A stretch of 64,000 bases of DNA from contig OZ059896.1 of the NCBI GenBank assembly GCA_964057225.1, positions 17,298,001-17,362,000 of the forward strand, written 5' to 3'. Shown in pieces: positions 12,854 through 24,398 of the stretch (position 1 is the first letter of the stretch; every line of letters begins with the position of its first letter). Under the pieces are notes generated by a model, which was not told where the DNA came from, searched no databases, and worked only from the letters and a program-made list of their open reading frames with translations. Both the position numbers and the translations under genes were made by a program. The DNA comes from Auanema rhodensis. Lineage: Eukaryota > Animalia > Nematoda.

Positions 12854-14617
12854 ATTAGACGGATTGTTGATTTAGCAAAAAACAACAGTTTTTAAATCAT
12901 TTTCGATCTGATTAAAATTCAAGCAAGTTCATTAAATACTAGTTAATCCTTAGATGCATCACTTCAATCATTCAATGTTTATCCAGATATCAATCAGCTT
13001 TCTAATACTTTAATATGTGAAAATACAGTTCAAGAAGATTTAAAGCCTTCGTGAGTTCCATATAGTTGCAAAAGTTGGAATGGTGCAGCAAACCTGAATT
13101 ACCTATTCTTTAACACAATGGTAGGAATATCCAGATAATATCTCAAAACTTCCAAATAAATAACAAAGTTTTGGCGTAATATCAGAGCTTCAAGTTTGAA
13201 TATGGTTTTTTCTTATTTATTTCAGTTTATGATTAGGAATATTCCTAAGAAGTACCTTATTTTGGATGTTAAATGCTAAATTTCAAAAAATATTCCTTGT
13301 TTTGCGCTCTAACGCTAATTAAGTGAGGTGTGGGAGGGGCGTGCCTACGTGGAAAAGCGCATTGGCCAAAGCACTTGCAGCAAGTGTTACGATCTGATTT
13401 CGCAGTTATTTTGAACATAAAGAAATTACAATTCCTTTTTAGAATAAAAGTACTTGTGAGCCCACAGATGAGTACGATGGTACCAAGTAAGGTGACCTTA
13501 TCTCATGTACGAACCCCTACCGAATATTACGCGATATTAATTCCAAGTAAAAGAAAAAACACCCATACACCATTTTGATAAAAAGAAACCAAATCAACTA
13601 TTTGCAAAGCAAAATAACACAAATCCTCTTCCTACCTGCTTCTTATCATGTTATGAACTGAAACCAAATTTATTTATACCTCTTGAGTGACTTGAGTGAC
13701 ACTTTCTAGGAACAATACCATATCAATAGTAAGAATAAAAAACTTTCAACTTTATACATCAAATCAACCAGTTCAAGTATTTTACAACACGATATAAGAA
13801 TAAATAAAAATTTATTTATTATTGTTTACATATGCATATATCCCATCTGATAATCTCGCATAAACAGTTCTTCTTAAAAACAAAACGATATCTAACATCT
13901 AGTATATACGGCTACTAACAAAAAAATCTTTAAAACTATCAGTTATTAGAATTTCGATCGAAATGGATACCTCAAATAGTCCCATCTATTACCTACATGT
14001 ATATAAAGACATAACATGTTTTCGTCTAATAATACCTAGATCCACAAGAATATTCCAAAATTAGGGACTTTCACATAGATATCATTATCTCATCGAGCAT
14101 TCTCCCCTAATATTTTGTTGAATTTAATTTATTTCGTTAAGCGTGAAAACCTATTTATTTTTTGGATGGGATGTAAAACACTTTCTAACTTATTAGAAAA
14201 AGGAAAAATGTGAGAAAATTAAGAAAAAACAAAATTACAAAAGAATAATGTCCTTTCCGTGAATTAGATAATATTAAATATGAGCCATATAAGCCATTTA
14301 CATTAAAATAATAAGTAATTAAAGAAACTATTTTTCAAATCACAAAAATTGTAAATTATGCTGGATCTTATAATCATTATTTTTTCCAATATTTTCATTT
14401 ATCCTTATAAAAAAAAGTTTGGATGACTCTTAGTCTTAGATTGATGTTGTCTTGTTCGACTTTTGAAGATCAAAGAAAATTCTATATCACAATTTCAGAT
14501 CTGACGATAAATCAACGAGGAGAAAGTTTTGTAATTCTTATAGATCTATGGTATACGATCTTCACATGAGAAAGAAATTGTTGAAATTGAGAAGACTTCC
14601 TACTTCTTCTTCTTTTA

Positions 14618-14738
14618 TATTTTTAAGTTCAATTAACATTTTGTTCCCTTACAATTTCAAAGAAAGAAAACTAGAAAATTATTCTCAGTATTGTCTTGGT
14701 TTGAAATACAACATGTTTTTCTATATTATTTCAAACTT
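14618..14738 (+). repeat. 121-bp direct repeat, copy 1
   Basis: tatttttaagttcaattaac...tattatttcaaactt reads identically to 19262-19382 (offset 4644). Confidence 0.92.
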
Positions 14739-16188
14739 TCCCATCTCCCCCACACAAATGTATATCCATCATATGGACGTATTTCTTGGGAAATAAAGAA
14801 ATAATTTCCCTTGTCCTCGCTTATCATATAAATCGTGAGAAGAGGTCTCTAGGACCAACCTACACAAAGTTTGTTGTGTTTGATTTCGTTGTACTGAGCT
14901 TTAATATATAAGCTCTTTGTCATAATGGAGTTTGTTATTATCACATAGAACAGTACATGTTTGAAATAACTGTTTCAAACTATGAATAGTTTGAAACATA
15001 TTATCAAAAAATTGAATTATTCTTGCGCCGATGAGCGAAAAGTTCAAGAAGGATATGAGAGGATATTAGCTAAAGTCAATGAACATAATTTAAAATATTT
15101 TAAAAATTTTACAAGATTATTCATAGATTCCACTTGACTCAATCGGACCAGATTGTCATATCAAACTTGACCAAGCACGTTATATTTTAGGTGATAATAT
15201 ACAGAAATGCTTGAAAGAATTAATGCTCTGGACAGAAAATACTTTTAATCTGGTGATATAAGGTTTGAAATGTGCAAGTATAGATGAAAATAAGCATTAT
15301 AACAGTTATAAAAATTTTATTCAGAATATACAGAGATAGAGAATTCGTGAACGTTCAAAAGAAAAAGTGCGAAAAGTGGACCAAAATAGCAATGTAATGC
15401 AATAAAAGTAGGTAAGATAGGACTGAGGCTTATCTACAGTTGTCAAACACTTTAATATAATGAAGATGAAGAACTCTTGATCTTCATCTGTCTATGAAAT
15501 AAAAATTATTATTTCAAACTAGGTCTGAAATTTTTTTACTGAAACTATTCTTTTCACCGCTTTTTCTCCAATTTCTCATGACTTTTTCCAGCTTTTCTGA
15601 GCATTTATCACATTTATCAAGTTTACAGTCTCTTTCGCACCCTATAATTTCATTAATTAGGGTACCATAAGTTATCAGAATCATATGACTAAAAGCAAAC
15701 GAAGAAAATTCAATTTTTACAAATATATTCAGCTTTTCACAATAACTATAATTTCATTCATAACGAGTTGTTGCTCTTATTTGTAAAGCAATTTAAATAA
15801 AAATATATTTTTTCGTTTCTCTTCTTATGCCAATGGTTTCCACGTGTTCCTGGTTGAGGGTCGTAAACTTGCTCTCATAAGACTATCAATCTAAGAATGA
15901 AAATGAATTTTGTCCATTGTACTGGTTGGCGAATCGTGGAATTTAAAGTTTGCATATGAAGAAACCATATTTTATGATACATAAACTGTTATCACATAAA
16001 TCTGAACTTCATCTCAACTATTTTTAGATGAAGATAAGACAATCCTTACTTGCATCAGCTTTTTCAATTTCTTAACTATATGCAATTATTTAATTACATT
16101 GGGCTACTTATCATTAATATAATAATAATTTCCTTTTTTTTTCTAATATTAATAATTATTTATAAAAATATAATTTTAGGGTAACATC

Positions 16189-18886
16189 ATGACCTATAAT
16201 TATCATTATGATGTAGCTACATCTCGTAGTTCTCTTATTATTAAATTATTATTAAGGTTTGTTTAAATCTTTTGTTTTTGAACTAAATTTTATTCATTCT
16301 TTCAAACTACTAACATAATTATTCCTTGTTAGGTGGAAAGGATCAGTATGGCAAGCCACTTATGTAGAATTAGCTATTTGGACAGTATGTTACTGTATAA
16401 TATCTGTTATATATCGTTTTGGTCTTAATCAATATCAACAAGAGTATGAATTATCAATTTTGTATTGTAAACAATCAAATTTTTAATTTTTGTAGTGGAT
16501 TTGAACGATTTGTTTTATTCTGTGATAATCGGCTTAGCTATATCCCTTTGAATTTTATGCTTGGTTTTTTTGTACAAATTGTAGTCAACAGATGGTCTCA
16601 ACAATTTGCAAATTTGGGAATGATTGATAAGTATATCCTTTCAAAAAATTATAAAATGAATTATTTGATTTATAGTATAGCATTGTTCACGTCTTCATTA
16701 GTATCTGGCAGTGATGAGCGAGGACGCCAATTAAGAAGAAATATAGTTAGGTAACCTTAGCAAATTTTTTAATCTTTAATATTATTTCTATTCTTATTTT
16801 ATTTCTTTTTATTCTGATTTACTGAAAAAATTTTGAAGTAAAGTTTAATGCAATCGGAGCTAAATCTCAGACCACTATCTGGTATTTTTGATGATGACAG
16901 ACTTCATCACTTGTTGAAATATTTCCTGATTGGCTAATTAAAAAGAAATCTTTATTCTATGATGTGTTCTATAGAGTCTGTCAAATGCTATAAAAAGCAC
17001 AAAATATGAATTGATTCTCTTCTCATCTGACAAATACTTCATTCCGTTGAGTGGAGCCATAACTAAGATAGCGAGAAATGGCCAAGTTATAGAACCCTGA
17101 TTAGGATGCATGAAAACATAATAAAGAACTATTTTGAGTACAACGATAAGGTCGATGAAACTATCATAGGTTGAAGGGTCAAAGAGAAAAAAATCAAACA
17201 ATCTAATTGTTCAATAAATAGTAACTCTTTTAGATATTGCTGCTTATCTCAAGCTTTAGTCTTCCGCGACATCCATGTTGGTGTTCGCAAACGTTTCCCA
17301 AACTTAGATACATTAGTGGCAGCCGGTAAATCGCAATATATGAGAAATTCTAAAAAAAAGTTTTTTTAAGGTTTTATGCAACAACATGAAATGGATAAGT
17401 TTGATAATTGTAAATCACGCTATGCCAAGTATTGGTTACCATTCAATTGGTCGTTACATCTGCTGAATGTGGCTAGGAAAGAAGGCAGAATTCATTCAGA
17501 TATGCTTCAAAATACTGTTGCTCAGGTATGTGTTCAACATTGTGCAACCCAACGCAAAAGTTTCTTAAAGGAAATTCGTGCATTCCGAAGTGGCTTATCT
17601 CTTATCTGGACCAACGATTGGGTACCATTGCCAATCATGTATCCACAACTTATAACATTAGCAACTTATGCTTATTTCGTAGTATGTCTTGTTTCAAGGC
17701 AGTTTATTATCACAAAAACAGCTAAAAATGCGATTGAGGTATAATAAAAAAAATAAAAAATAAGAAGTAAAAATAATTCTTTATTACAGTATGATATTTA
17801 CATTCCTTTTATGTCAATGATGGAATTAGTTTTTTATATGGGATGGTTAAAAGTAAGTTCATTTAACGAATTTTCATTGAGATTTTAAAAATGTTATATC
17901 ATGTTTATAATGTTTATAAAGCCTTTTAAAGGTTGCTATGGGATTGTTGAATCCATTTGGTGAAGATGACGAGGATTTTGATTGTAATTTTTTACTTGAT
18001 CGCAATATGACTGTATGTTTGAAACAAATATTTTATCTAACCTAGTAGATTTACAGGTTGGGTTAACCAGTGTTGATGAAGCTTTTGATGATGTACCCGA
18101 TGTTCAACCTGATATCTTCTATAACGATACAGTATCACCTTTGTATTCAAAGGATGCAGCTGCCAAGAATGTCAAATTTTACCTTGGAAGTGCGAACGCG
18201 GGAGGAGCAGAGTATTATATTATAGCTCCTACTGATCTCACTTTTTTCTTGCAGAAAGCCTTTCCATTTACTTTCTTCTATTAGCCATCTCTTGCATATT
18301 CCTATGAAACCCGAAGAAGAGAATGAACAGCTGGTTGAAATGGTTCCTCATCCTATTAATGAACGAGTAGATCAATATCTACAAGCTAATTCTAAAAATC
18401 GTGGAACAAGCGTAGTATCAATAGTGAATCCAAAGTAACATTTCCATTTCTTATGTATTCTTCTATGTACCATTATTATAGGGCCAGGCGAATGGATTCT
18501 TTCTCTAGCGCTGTATTCCGTAGACGCAAAGCAACTAAAAATTCTGAGGAAAATGTAACAACACTAGTAGTGCCACGTCAGAATCGTGCATCATCTGATG
18601 TTGGTGCTTATTCAAATAATATGTTCTTAGATATTGGTAACTTTCTCATATATATAATCATCTGTTTAATTATCAAATATATTCAGAATCATTAGCCTGT
18701 CCACCACTAAAACGACCGAGCAATACTTATGACGATTCTGACATGCCCGGTAAAACATTCTTATACAGAGCACATAATATTTGTTTTCTTTCAATATTTT
18801 TAGGCCGAAACCAGAAAAGAAAATCACATTCCTTCAGAGACGATGGAAAATACTATAGAACAGACGATGAGGAAGAGGGTCGTTAA
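16189..18886 (+). CDS. Bestrophin chloride channel (best family)
   Basis: MTYNYHYDV...[26 protein letters not shown] (RFP motif), [40 protein letters not shown]. The C-terminal exons close at TAA 18884-18886, which overlaps an AATAAA. Confidence 0.93.
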
Positions 18887-19261
18887 TAAAAAAATATATA
18901 TAAAACGTTGCACTGGTAACAAAAAAAACATGCACCAAAATAAATAAATGTCATATATTTCTATTGGGTTACATACAACCTCAACCATGTATTTGCTCCA
19001 ATAATAACAACGGAGTTTCATCTACTTGAAAGCACTAGAATAACAAGTTATTTTAAGCAAAAATAAAAAACAAAAATAAAACATTCGAACTTTTTATAGA
19101 TTAATCCCTCTTTTGATGTGTGTTCACAAATTCAATACGATCTCTGTCTGATTCGGTTCAATGATCAGCTGATCAGATTCATTTTAAATTTACAAGCATC
19201 ATGTAGTTTTCTTAATTCCTTTAACGTTATAAGGAAATATTTTTAAACTTCTCAAAGACTT

Positions 19262-19382
19262 TATTTTTAAGTTCAATTAACATTTTGTTCCCTTACAATT
19301 TCAAAGAAAGAAAACTAGAAAATTATTCTCAGTATTGTCTTGGTTTGAAATACAACATGTTTTTCTATATTATTTCAAACTT
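19262..19382 (+). repeat. 121-bp direct repeat, copy 2
   Basis: Identical to 14618-14738. Lies 100 bp beyond the stop of the 19482-19797 gene. Confidence 0.92.
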
Positions 19383-19481
19383 CAGAAATCTTATGGAAGA
19401 ATTTCTTGGGAAAAAAGGAAACAATTTTTTATTTGTTTAAAATCGAATATAACATTGCAAAGAAAAACAAAAAAAATTAAA

Positions 19482-19797
19482 TTACATAACAATCGTAGTG
19501 AAATCAACAGCATCATCGCCATCCATATCGGAAGTAACCATGCCATCATCAAAATCATCAGCTTCGCGAACATGCACATTGTGTTCCTGATTGTATTCTT
19601 GAGCAAGTGCATTGTCCATATCCTCTTGAACTTCGTTCAGTTGTTCTAAGATTTTAACTTAAATTAAACCAAGAAAATTATAAATATTTTTAAAAAATTC
19701 TACCATCAACTTGGGCTAGTCTGGCTCGGGCGCACGTATTTATAACAATTATGAATGTTGTGAGTAGAAGCGCAGAAATAATAACCTTATTGATCAT
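19482..19797 (-). CDS. Small secreted acidic peptide (diverged type C), two exons; not represented in the ORF track
   Basis: MINKVIISALLLTTFIIVINTCARARLAQVD|EQLNEVQEDMDNALAQEYNQEHNVHVREADDFDDGMVTSDMDGDDAVDFTTIVM*. Phase-1 intron 19646-19703. TATATATA box ~35-45 nt upstream of the ATG. Confidence 0.75.
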
Positions 19798-20577
19798 ATT
19801 AAACAACTGCAATATGTTGCAGCCTACTTTTAACTATATATACCATTTCAACTAATTTGCGTGAGCTGATGAAGCGAAACTAACTGGTATTAAAATCTGG
19901 CTTTATAATTTTTCATAGAAGCTAAAACAATATAAGGATTTAGAACTACGTTTGAAATAGTCGTGTTTCTTTTTCTTTCGCATACAATTAGATAAAAATC
20001 TATGCGTTAACAAAATAATTTGTTCTTAACTTGAAAGCACAAGACGGATTTTCATTTATCTTGCCCCATGAGTCAATTTTATGCACTTGTCCCTAGAAAT
20101 AAATAGAAACCAGAATTAGAGATGACTTCAGCTTTTATCACTATTCGAACTTCAAAAATTTAATAAACCATTCAAACATTCCAAATAGCAAAGGCTACGC
20201 AATTTGTCCGTAATACGACGTGTTATATTCTTGTGTGCCTTTAAATGTTCAATAATGCGACTTGTTGTAGTTCCCGCTTCATTTTAATCTAACTCGATTT
20301 GTGCTTGTATTATATATTATATTTTTATATAAGTTTTACATCTGCTTATTAAAAAAGTTGAATCGAAAAACGATTTAATAAAATATATCGCTTCAGGACC
20401 ATTTACAGTTTTTATCAAATTTCTATATAATTTTGAACAATATTTGATAAGAGCTAAACAGCTTAGAGCTGATCATGTTCATTTGTTTAGTATTCTCTTC
20501 TACATTAATTAACTTTTTTTTTTAAATGTTGTGTACCAAATATTTATATACATATAATATGTATTTTTTTAGATTCT

Positions 20578-21212
20578 ATGTGGTGGCTATTGCTAGTTCT
20601 CATAGTTCCCACTCTTGCAGAAGTCGATGAATATGGTTTGAGCAAGAAAGAATGCATTGCCGCTGGTTTTGTGCCAGAAACACTTAAGGTATGGATTTAA
20701 TAGCAAATTACAAATATATATAATCTAATTATATTCCAGTGTAGCTCCTGTGAACGTCTATCTTCTTATAACTTAGAAACCCTTATTACCGATTGTAACT
20801 CTTGCTGTACCAAAGAAAAAGAACTTCAACATGAGGTAATGTTCCCTAATATTTATTGCTACTCACATCTATAATTTTAGAAATATCCTTTGGCCCATAT
20901 TGAAGTCTGTGAATGCAATTTAGCTCGGTTCCCACAAGCTCAAGGTTTTCAACTTTTCAATTTTTCTTTTAATCTGAGTTTCTTAAGCTTTTGTACATAA
21001 TGATATGGCTTCTGCTTGGGATGGAAAAGTAAAGGTTAAACACGTTCGTGGTGTTAGACCTCAAATTGTTCTGAAGGTAAGTCTTATTGTGTTGATACTA
21101 TAATTGCTCAATTATTTTATAGGATCATACTGGAGCTTCTCGCCAAACACTAAACATTGAAAAATGGGATACTGATAGTATTACTGACTTTTTGAATCAA
21201 TGGATTGAATAA
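20578..21212 (+). CDS. SELENOF: Sep15/selenoprotein F homolog, cysteine form
   Basis: Five exons: signal peptide, C..AGF..LKCSSC, DCNSCC, KYPLAHIEVCECNLARFPQAQAFV, VKHVRGVRPQIVL, LNIEKWDTDSITDFL. No in-frame TGA. Confidence 0.88.
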
Positions 21213-21442
21213 TACAAGTTACTGATTTTGTGATAATAGCTTTATTTATTTTCGAATTCTCTGGGTTATTTTTGCCATGGGTGCAGTGATTTGTATCTTT
21301 ATGCTTCTTGTCATTGTTAAAGCCTGACAATGAAACATGAAAATTATTTAATTATTTTTCAATTCATATATATATATACTTAATTTTGACTAGCAATCAT
21401 TTCTCTAAAAAAATTTGATCACAGAATATTTTGGAACATATT

Positions 21443-23741
21443 CTAATTCTGAGGAGGCTTAGAATAACAAGCATCCAAGAACTCGAAAGCCATCTCGTCG
21501 ACTAAAGTTTTGTCTGGAATTTGAGCAGCCATACCATACAATGCAGCCTGGAAATCTAGGATTAGTAAGAATAACATCAGGGTGAAAGCCTACAGTGCTG
21601 CTTTTGTTTCCTTTATCTGAGCTGGAAGCAACCTGCTCCACGCAAGAACGTAGATCAGAAGCAAAGCTTTCAACACATTTTTCATTAGCTTGATTGATTG
21701 TTAAACATATATGGAATCTAAAAATAAATATTGATTCAAATAGTAAACTTGCAAAATATTACGAATCGGGGTTTTGAAGAGTGTTGAGATTCCACCCAAG
21801 CTTGTTCATCTTATCACTTACAGCGTAGATGTTGAACTTGTCACTGGTGAAAGCAACAACAGAAACATCTGGGGATCCATGAATCTAAAAAAGTTATATT
21901 GTAAATCGTTTATGTCAATTATGAACCTTGATCCCTGGAATGGTCTTACAAGCTGCAACAATAGCACGTGTGTTCTTGACTATGGCTTCACATCTTCTTA
22001 CATACTCAGAGCGACCGAAAGAAATGATAGTAGCCCAAGCTACTGCAGAGTTAGATCCAGCTCTACTACCTGTGTATTCAAAAGTTATACTGAAATGAAA
22101 TTCGATGTACCGCAAATAGTTGGGGTAGCATAAATTCCTCCAGTCCATTCAGGAACAGAAAAGTATTGGTAATGATGAAGCTCTTTTGAACGATACATAA
22201 CAATTGAAGATCCTTTGGGAGTGCATCCATACTAAACACGCCATTCTAATTCATATTTGAACTTTATAAGAACCTTATGAGTATCGCAACTGATTGACGT
22301 TACTCCAGGATTACGGAAATCAAATGTATTCAATTTATATCCGGCCTCATTCATGAATGGAATCAAGAATCCTCCAAGACAAGCATCAACATGGACAGGA
22401 ATCTTGTACTTTTCTCCTAACTGTGAAAGCAAATGATGGTTTGTCGAAAAAACGTTATAAAAGTTAACCTTTGCTATTTCAGAAATAGGATCGACAGTTC
22501 CTGTAGGGAAGTTAGGCGCAGAGCCAACAAGCTAAAAAACCGGAAATGAGTTATTTATATGAACTATAAACAAACTAACCATACAAACTTCAGAATCGAT
22601 AGCCTTCTCCATAAGTTTCAAATCAACACGGTTATCGGAATCCACAGGAATATGACGAACTCTCATACCGCAAAGTGTTGCAGCTTTATCAAAAGCAGCA
22701 TGAGCAGTTTCGCAACAAACAATTACGGGGTTGTCGATGCCCATTTCATATGCTCGATTTCTAAAAATAGCTATTTTTTACAAATTGATTTTAATTAAAA
22801 ACCTATAAGCATAGCAAGCCATTATGATTGATTCAGTTCCGCCAGTAGTCAAGCTACCACTGCTTTCTTCAGGAGCATTGTAGAGATTCAAAACCTACAG
22901 TTCTTAGATTATTGCAAAAAATTTGTTAATATTTTACAATTCTAATAACTTCAGCCTCCATTTTACGAACTCCAGGGAAAATATCGGGGTGAAGAGGGTT
23001 TGAATAAGCATATTTTTCATAAATCTTGGTTAATAATGAGATATGATCTTCGGTTCTATCAGTATAAACTGCTCCAGATACCTAAAGAACTGCTTGAAAC
23101 AACCGAGCAAATGGAATGAGCAGACCCTTCCCTCAGCGATATTAAACTTTCCATATTCGTCGTATTTTTTGGCCAAAATAATAACATCCTCATTTGACAA
23201 GCCATTATCAGGCATGGCTAAAAAAGAAAAAGATTATAAACAAAAAAGAAAACTCATTTCGTCGCGAAACGAGATGAATAAAGATCAAACATTAAAAAAA
23301 TACAAACTAACTAGCAATGAAAATCTTGTCGCTATCATCTTTATGAATTGTATGAAGAATATCTTTTTTTGCTCCAGCGAGTTCTCTTGCTATTTTAGCT
23401 TTCACTGGAGGTAGCTTCCTGAGCAAATGGAAAGCATAAGCAGACAGCCTGAAATAGTAACTTCAAAGTTATTATTACTTCTTAAATCTTGAACCTTTTA
23501 AAAATAGGTTGTTCACTTCGTTTATAAAAATGAACCAATTTAATATAGGCTAGAGTTCCTCCCGCAACTCCTAGTACAAGCACAACAGGTTCTACCTAGA
23601 AGTGTTTTGTTTGATTTAACATTGAGAAAGTTTCATATTCTTCGCTACCTTTTTCAGATTATCATTAACGATTTCACGAACACAATTCACTTTTGATACC
23701 AAAAATGAGCCAGCATCACAGAACTGAGAGGGTAATGGCAT
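21443..23741 (-). CDS. spl-1: Sphingosine-1-phosphate lyase
   Basis: [66 protein letters not shown] (PLP lysine), [13 protein letters not shown]. All introns checked are GT-AG. Confidence 0.94.
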
Positions 23742-24398
23742 TTCTAAAATGTTATAAATGCCATATTGTGTATTTTGAAACAAAAAAAAACGATAATATT
23801 TTTGTTCTAAATAAAAAATATATAGTTTAAGAGAAATACAAGAATAGTAATACTAAACAATGTGCTGTAATCTAGGTATTTGAACAGAACCAATTGCTGC
23901 CTCTATGGAAAATCGGAACAATCGTGTAAGCAAACACAAAACGATAGAGATGAAATGGTAAAATACGTAACTTCAATTCTACCCATCTGATAAGGAACAT
24001 TGATTATCTATCACTTGGAAATGATCATATGCGTTTCTTATAGAATTTTTCTCACATCCTTTTCAACGATAATGGTTTAACAAATAATTATTGGAACTTG
24101 GCCTTCTTGCAGTTAAGTGAATCAATTGTAATAAATCCATTTAGTCGTACAAATTCAATCCGTGGAATTTTTAATAAATTTTAAAGCTTCATAATAAATT
24201 CCTTTTTTATGTTTTCTATGTTTTCTATTTATTTATATTTTGTTATTCATTCTATTATATAAATGTGGATATTGGTCTTGACGCGATTACGTTTCTCTAC
24301 CCCCTCCTCTATGTCTCATGATCTCTATCCTTCCTCCCTGAACTCGTGGTGCTGATACTTATGTATATAACAGAAGCATAAATTTTATATTCAAGAAA

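Larger units (their letters stand above)
8573..13453. repeat. Tandem array A-B-A-B: two 2447-bp units, each made of related 1360-bp (A) and 1087-bp (B) subunits
   Basis: Stop codons recur at 8696, 10056, 11143 and 12503 (offsets 1360/1087/1360). The units are near-identical with scattered point differences. The repeat begins near aacgtgtc at 8573 and breaks after aaagtac at 13453. Confidence 0.95.

Noticed and set aside
8573-13453. CRISPR-like or prokaryotic repeat system
   Set aside because: The units are kilobase-sized gene duplicates with no short repeat-spacer structure, and the DNA is eukaryotic.
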